The position numbers and the translations under genes were made by a program. Positions 52,201 through 64,000 of a DNA stretch of 64,000 nucleotides are shown here, piece after piece (the stretch's first letter is position 1; each line of letters begins with the position of its first letter). The DNA comes from the human T2T-CHM13v2.0 reference genome, Homo sapiens. The notes beneath the pieces are model-generated. The model did not search any database and was not told the DNA's origin. It was given only the letters and a program-made list of their open reading frames with translations. The DNA lies in assembly GCF_009914755.1 (NCBI RefSeq), contig NC_060946.1. One strand, written 5' to 3'.

Positions 52201-53996
52201 ACTCTTGTTTGGATCTGCCTATGGGGGCATAGTGACATAGCTCTGCACTGATCACTCATGTGATGTAATGCTTGTCTAAGCTGTGCCTAAAGGGGAATTG
52301 TGACCGATATCTCCACTGATCACCCAGGTGATGTAACACTTTTCTGTGATTTGTCTACAGGTGGCTTTGTGACATATCTTTACACTGATAACCCAGGAGA
52401 TGTAACTCTTATCTAGGCTCGGCCTACAGGGGCTTTGTGACATATCTCTGCACTGATCACCCAGGTGATGTAACTCTTCTCTAGGCTTCACCTACTGGGG
52501 GTATTGTGACGTATCTCTGCCCTGATCACCCAGGTGATGTAACTCTTTTCTAGGCTCCACCTACAGGGGTTATTGTGACGTATCTCTACACTGATCACCC
52601 AGGTGATGTAACATTCATCTAGCCTCTGCTTACAGGGTCATTTTGACATAGCTGTGCACAGATCACCTAGGATATGTAACTCTTGTCCACTCTCTGCCTA
52701 CAGAGGGCATTGTGAAATATCTCTGCTCTGATCACCCAGGTGATGGGACTCTTCTCTAGACTCTGCCTAGAAGGGGATTTGTGACATATCTCTGAACTGA
52801 TCACCCAGGTGATGGAAGTCTTGTCTAGGCTCTGTCTACGGGGGCATTATGTCAAATATCTGCACTGATCACCCAGATGATGTAACTCTTGTCTAGGCTC
52901 TGTCTACAGGGATTTTTGTGACATATCACTGCACTGATCACCTAGGTGATGTAAGCCTTGTACGGGCTTTGCCTACAGAATGCTTTGTGACATATCTATG
53001 CACTGATCTCTGAGGTGATGCAGCTCTTGTCTAGGCACTGCCTACAGGGGACATTGGTACATATCTCTGCACTGATCACCCAGGTGATGGACTCTTGTCT
53101 TAGATCTGCCTACATGGTCATTGTGACACATCTCTGAACTGAACAACCAAGTGATGAAACTCTTGTCAAGGCTCTGCCTACAGGGGCTTTGTGACACATC
53201 TCTGCACTGATCACCCTGGGGCAGAACACTTGTCTACGCTCTACCTACAGGAGACTTATGTCTTTTACCTGCACTGATTACCTAGGTGTTGTAACACTTG
53301 TCTAGACTCTGCCTACGTGGTAATTCTCACATATCTCTGCACTGATCACCCGGGTGATGTAATTCTTTTCTAGGTTCAGCCTACAGGAATGTTGTGACAT
53401 ATCTCTGCACTGATCACCCAGGTGATGTAACCCTTGTCTAAGCTCTGCATACAGGGGCATTGTGACAGATCTCTCCACTGCTCACCCAGGTGATGTAACA
53501 TTTGTCTGTTCTTTGTCTACAAGGGGCTTTGGGATATTCATTTCTACTGATCAAACAGGTGATGTAACCCTTGTCAAGGTTCTGCTTTCAGGGGCTTTGT
53601 GACATATCTCTGCACTGATCATCCCTGGGAGGAAACTCTTGTCTACACTCTGCCTACAGGAGGCTTTACGACTTATCCCTGCACTGATCACTAGGTGATG
53701 GAACACTTGTCTAGGCTCTGTCTACAGGGGAATTTTCACATATCTCTACACTGATCACCTAAGTGATGTAACCCTTGTCTAGGTTCAGCCTACTGGGGAT
53801 TTCTGACATACCTATGCACTGATCACCGAGGTGATCAAAATCATTTCCAGGCTTTTTGTACAGGGGACATTTTGATATATCTCTGTACTGATCACCCAAA
53901 TGATGCAGATCTTCTCTAGGCTCTGCAGGGAGGGAGCATTGTGACATATTTCTGAACTGATCATCCTGGAGATGTAACTATTCTCCAGGCTTTGAC
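49238..53996 (-). repeat. Beta satellite array
   Basis: Tandem 68-bp monomers, minus orientation. Confidence 0.97.
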
Positions 53997-56783
<2,787 letters not shown>

Positions 56784-59700
56784 TGACACATCTCTGAACT
56801 GATCAACAACGTGATGTTACTCTTGTCTAGGCTCTGCCTACAGGGACTTTGAGACATATCTCTGCAGTGATGACCCAGGTGATGGGACATTTGTCTAGGC
56901 TCTGCCTGTGGGGGCATTGTGACATATCTCTACACTGATCCCCTAGGTGATGTAACTCTTGTGTTGGATCTGCCTATGGGGGCATTGGGACATATTTCTG
57001 CACTGATCACCCAGGTGATGGGGCTCTTGGCTACGCTCTGTATATGGGGGCTTTGTGACATATCTCTGCACTGATCACCCAGCTGATGTAACGCCTGACT
57101 AGGTTCTGCCAACGGTGCATAGTGACATATCACTGCATTGATCACCGAGGTGATGCAACTCTTGCCCAGGCTCTGCCTATATGGGGCCTTGCGATAAATC
57201 CCTGCACTGATCATCTAGGTGATGTAATTCTCACTTATGCTCTGCCTGCAGGGGCATTGTGAAATATCTCTGCACTGATCACCCAGGTCATGGGACCCTT
57301 CTGTAGGCTGTGCCTCCTGGGGTCATTGTCACATGTTTCTGCACTGATCACCCAAGTGACGGACTCTTGTCTTGGATTTGCCTATGGGGGCATTGTGACA
57401 TATCTCTGCCCTGATCACTCAGGTGATGTAAGTCTGGTCTAAGCTCTTCCTAAAGGGGAATTTTGACAGATCTCTGCACTGATCACTGAGGTGATGTAAA
57501 TATTGTCTAGCCTCTGCTTAAAGGGGCCTTGTCACATGTCTCTGAACAGATCACCCAGGTGATGTAACTATTGTCTAGGCTCTGCTTACAGGGGGTATTG
57601 TGACATATCTCTGCATTGATCACCTGAGTGATGTAACACTCGTGTAGGCTCTGCCTACAAGGACATTTTGACATATCTCTGCACTGTTAACTGAGCTGAT
57701 GTAACTCTTATCTAGGCTGTGCCCACAGGGGGATTGAGACATATCATTGCACTGATCCCGAGGTGATCCAACTCTTGCCTGGTCTCTGCCTACTGGGGAC
57801 ATTGTGACATATCTCTGCTCTGATCTCCCAGGTGCTGTAACATTAGTCTAGGCTCTGGCTATATGGCATTGTGATATATCACTGCACTGATCACCCAGGT
57901 GATATAACTCTTCCGTAGGCTCTGCCTACAGGGGGCTTGTGATATATATCTGCACTGATCACCCAGGTGATATAACTCTTCTCTAGGATCTGCCTACAGG
58001 GTGCTTTGTGACATAATCCTGCTATGATAATCCAGGTGATATACCACTTTTCAAGGCTCTGCCTAAAGGGGAATTGCAATGTATCTCTGCACTGATCACC
58101 TAGGTCATGTAACTCTTGTCTAGGCTCTGCCTACAGTGGCATTGTGACATATCTCTACACTGATAACCTAGGTGATGTAACTGTTTTCTAGGATCTGCCT
58201 ACAGGGTGCTTTGTGACATATCCCTGCAATGATCATCCAGGTTATGTACCACTTGTCAAGGTTCTGCCTAAAGGGACATTGCGATGTATCTCTGCACTGA
58301 TCACCTCGGTCATGTAACTCTTGTCTAGGCTCTGCCTATGGGGGCATTGTGACTTATCCCTGCACTGATCACCCAGGAGCTGTGACTCTTGTCTAAGCTC
58401 TGCCTAGAGGGACATTGGGACATATCTCTGCACTGATCGCTGAGGTGATGTAAAACATTTGTAGGCTTTGCCTACAGTGGGATTTATGACGTATCTCTAC
58501 ACTGATTACCGAGGTGATGTAACCCTTGTCTAGGCTCTGCTTACAGGGCGTATTGTGAGTTATCTCTGCACTGATCACCCAGGTGATTCATCTCTTGTCC
58601 AGGATCTTCCTACAGGGGGTATTGTGAAATATATCTGCACTGTTTAACTAGGTGTTGTAACTCTTGTCCAAGCTCTGCCTACAGGGGACATTGTGACATA
58701 TTTCTGCACTGATCAACCAGGTGATGCAACTCTTCTGTATGCTCTGCCTACAGGGGATATTGTGACATATCTCTGCACTGATCACCCAGGTGATGAAACT
58801 ATTTTCTAGTCTCTGCCTACAGAGGGCGTTGTGACATCACTCTGCACGCACCACCCGGGTTATGTAACTCTTGTCTAGGCTCTGCCTATGGGGGCATTGT
58901 GACTTATCTCTGCACTGATCACCCAGGAGTTGTGACTGTTGTCTAAGCTCTGCCTAGAGGGACATTGGGACATATCTCTGCACTGATCGCTGAGGTGATG
59001 TAAAACTTGTCTAGGCTTTGCCTACAGTGGGATTTATGACATACCTCTGCATGGATCACCCTGGTGATGTGACTCTTGTCTAGGCTCTGCTTACAGGGGG
59101 TATTGTGAGTTATCTCTGCACTGATCACCCAGGTTATGTAACTCTTCTCTACCCTCTGCCTACAGGGGTATTTTCACATATCACTGCAGTGATCACCGAG
59201 ATGATGTAACTCTTGTATAGGCTTCACCGATAGGGGTCGTTGAGACATATCTCTGCACTGATCACCGAGGTGATGCAACTCTTGTCTGGGATCTGCTTAC
59301 AGGGGGCATTGAGACATATCTCTGCCCTGATCACCCAGGTGATGTAATTCTTGTCTAGGCTCTGCCTACTGGAGACATTGTGACATATCTCCGCACTGAT
59401 CACCCAAGTGATGTCACTTTTGTCAAGGATATGGCTACAGGAACATTGTGACATGTCACTGCACTGATCACACAGCTGATGTATCACTTCCCTAGGCTCT
59501 GGCTACAGGGGGCTTGTGACACATCTCTGCACTGATCACCCAGGTGATATAACCCTTGTTTAGGCTCTGCCAAAAGGGGCATTGTGACAGAACTCTGCAC
59601 TGATCACCCAGGTGATGGGACACTTGTCTAGGTTCTGCCTACAGGGGCATTGTGACATATCTCTGCAGTGATCACACAGGTGACGTAACTCTTGTCTATA

Positions 59701-60664
59701 TCTGCCTACTGGTGACATTGTGGCATATTTCTGCACTGATGACCCAGGTGATGGACTCTTGTCTTGGATCTTCCTATGGGCGCATAGTGACATATCTCTG
59801 CACTGATCATTCATGTGAAGTAACGCTAGTCTAAGCTGCGCCTAAAGGGTAATTGTGACAGATATCTCCACTGATCACCCAGGTGATGTAACAACTTTCT
59901 GGGATTTGTCTACAGGGGGCTTTGTGACATATCAGTGCACTGTTCACCCAGGAGATGTAACTCTTGTCTACGCTCGGCCTACAGGGTCTTTGTGACATAT
60001 CTCTGTACTGATCACCCAGGTGATGTAACTCTTGTCTAGGCTCCACCTACAGGGGGTATTCTGAGGTATCTCAGCCTTGATCACCCAGGTGATGTAATAT
60101 TTACATAGGCTCTGCCCACAAGGGCATTTTGACATAGCTCTGCACACATCACCTAGGTTATGTAACTCTTGTCCTCTCTCTGCCTACAGGGGACATGGTG
60201 AAATATCTCTGCACTGATCACCCAGGTGATGGGACTCTTCTCTATACTCTGCCTAGAGGAGATTTGTGACATATCTCTGCACTGATCGCCCAGGTCATGG
60301 AAGTCTTGTCTAGGCTCGGTCTATGGGGGCATTGTGTCAAATATCTGCACTGATCACCCAGGTGATGTAACTCTTGTCTAGGCTCTGTCTACAGGGATTT
60401 TTGTGACATATCACTGCACTGATCACCTAGGTGATGCAACCCTTCTCTAGGTTCAGCCTAATGGGGATTTCTGACATACCCATTCACTGATAACTGTGGT
60501 GATGTAAATCATTTCCAGGCTTTTTGTACAGGGGACATTGTGATATAACTCTGCCCTGATCACCCAAACGATGCAAATCTTCTCTAGGCTCCGCAGGGAG
60601 GGGGCAATGTGACATATTTCTGAACCGATCATCCAGGAGATGTAACTATTTTCCAGGCTTTGAA
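56784..60664 (-). repeat. Beta satellite array
   Basis: Tandem 68-bp monomers. Confidence 0.97.
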
Positions 60665-61370
60665 TAAAGAGCTTCGGAAGGTGTTGGGAGAACCTCAGCC
60701 AGAATTTCACAGAGGGTCAAGGGCACAGAGAGGCGAGCTGGCTCCTTGCATGTCAGCCGGGGTGTGCAATGAGTGCAGGTCTAGCAAGGAGGCTGGCAAA
60801 GAGAGCTAGAGGTCTTCGTTCCACTGCCAGGCACTCCATTGTGGCACCTGGGAGGCTGCAGAGGCACGGGCGGGCCGGCAACGGTGGCGGGGAGACGCAC
60901 ATGAGGCGAGCCACTGGAGGGGTGTCAGGACTGGATGCTGCATGGGCCTGGTGTTTCGCGGGATGGGGGTCTCCACCCAGCCCAGGGGAGGACGCATTTT
61001 CGGGGGTGGTGGCTGGGGGTGGGGTGGGGGTGGTCAGGCGGGGGTGGGGTGGTGGAAAGGCATGAAGGCTTTGCCCGGGCTGCTTCCACATCCCAGGCGG
61101 CTGCCCGCAAACCCGCGCGTGCCCAGTAGGTGGCCCACCTGCTGGTACCTGTGCTGGATCTGGGATCCTCGGGATGCCCAGGAAAGAATGGCAGTTCTCT
61201 GTTCTGTGGACTCTCTCACCGGGCCTAGACCTAGAAGGCAGGAATCCCAGGCCGGTCAGCCCGGTGGAGGTGGCGGGTGGAAGACACGCCCCTCCATAGC
61301 CAGCCAGGTGTTCCCCGTGAAAGAGAGGCCACCGCCCTGCCCCGACCTGACCCCGTCCCAACCCCGCGAC

Positions 61371-62848
<1,478 letters not shown>

Positions 62849-63431
62849 GGAAGGGTCCCAGGGGGTCGAGACCTGCAGCCGCGGGCGTTGTGGGGTGGGG
62901 GTGAGGATGTGGTGATGGTGGTGGTGGGGCCGGAAAGATGAAGAGAAAGGGGGCGAGGTGGAAGAGGGAGGGGGGTGCGATTGGGGGGATGGCTCTCCGG
63001 ACCTCTCAAGGAATCCCACGGGAACAGGAAACTACTCTCTGGGCTCCCATCCGTCTTCTGCAGGGAGAAACCGGCCTGGGAGTGTGGATGGGAGTGTGGA
63101 ACTGAATTTCCATGGGAGTCTTGAGTGTTCCTGGCCCTCTCTCCGTGAAGGAGGCAGTGCCGGTGGGTGTCGCCGTTGCCAGAACAGTGTCACACATGCA
63201 GGCGTGTGGCTCTCTTTCATTTACACGTAGGAGACCAGAGCGAGACCCCAGAGAAAATATGCCTCCCCGGCGTGATGGCCTGACGATGGATTCCCGTGTG
63301 CAGCAACATGGGGAGTGTGCAGTGTGGCTGGTTTGGAAACTGGCAAGGAGAGCGAAGGCACCATGCCGGTCTTCCACCCTTCCCTGCATGTTTCCGTGTG
63401 CCCGCAGAGCTCCGGGAGCAAACAGTCAGCA

Positions 63432-64000
63432 TGACACATCTCTGAAAAGATCAACAAAGTGGTGTAACACATGTCTAGGCTCTGCCTACAGGGGCTTTGT
63501 GACATATCTCTGCACTGATCACCCAGGTAATGGGACTTTTGTCTAGGCTATGCCTATGGGGGAGTTATGACATATCTCTACACTGATCACCCAGATGATG
63601 TAACTCTTGTGTTGTATCTGCCTATGGGGGCATTGTGACATATTTCTGCACTGATCATCCAGGTGATGGGACTCTTGTCTAGGCTCTGTGTATGTGGGCT
63701 TTGTGACATATCTCTGCATGGATCCCCCAGGTGATGGAACTCTTGTCTAGGCTCTGCCTACACGGGCATTTTGATGTATCACTGCACTGATCACCGAGAT
63801 GATCTAACTCTTGTATAGGCTTCACTGACAGGGGGCATGGAGACATATCTCTGCCCTGATCACCCAGGTGATGAAACTCTTGTCTAGGCTCTGCCTAATG
63901 GAGACATTGTGACATATCTCCGCACTGATCACCCAGGTGATGTCACTTTTGTCAAGGATATGGCTACAGGGACATTGTGACATGTCACTGCACTGAACGC
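63432..64000 (-). repeat. Beta satellite array (runs off the window)
   Basis: Tandem 68-bp monomers. Confidence 0.96.

Noticed and set aside
60663-60668. AATAAA at the pLAM-like junction of unit 12
   Set aside because: It is on the plus strand, antisense to this minus-strand DUX4L copy, so it cannot polyadenylate it

Overview
Primate (human/great-ape type) heterochromatic sequence, not microbial. About 60% of the window is 68-bp beta satellite (BSAT/Sau3A; core ...CTCTGCACTGATCACCCAGGTGATGTAACTCTTGTCTAGGCTCTGCCTACAGGGG...). Interspersed in it are 12 diverged D4Z4/DUX4-like segments (numbered 1-12 in order): 7 run from the promoter side to a pLAM-like end and 5 are truncated. This matches the known LSAU/D4Z4-BSAT composite repeat found at acrocentric short arms and some pericentromeres; the exact locus cannot be determined from the sequence alone. 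DUX units always share the strand of the surrounding satellite. There are three orientation domains (1-~11148 minus, ~11149-46820 plus, ~46821-64000 minus) joined by two non-reciprocal inversion junctions. No copy encodes full-length DUX4. One copy keeps an ATG-initiated 258-aa ORF with both homeodomains but no activation domain, and four copies keep the 76-aa C-terminal activation-domain ORF. The most notable structures are a directly fused tail-to-tail DUX4L pair with convergent TATAA promoters (possible hairpin/dsRNA source), pLAM-like ends showing that the DUX4 poly(A) signal position lies in a beta-satellite monomer, and a terminal repeat of the DUX4 5'UTR closing each unit. The components are known families; functional claims are inference. 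Comparisons with canonical DUX4/4qA rely on recalled reference sequence, and boundaries are read by eye (about +/-10 bp).
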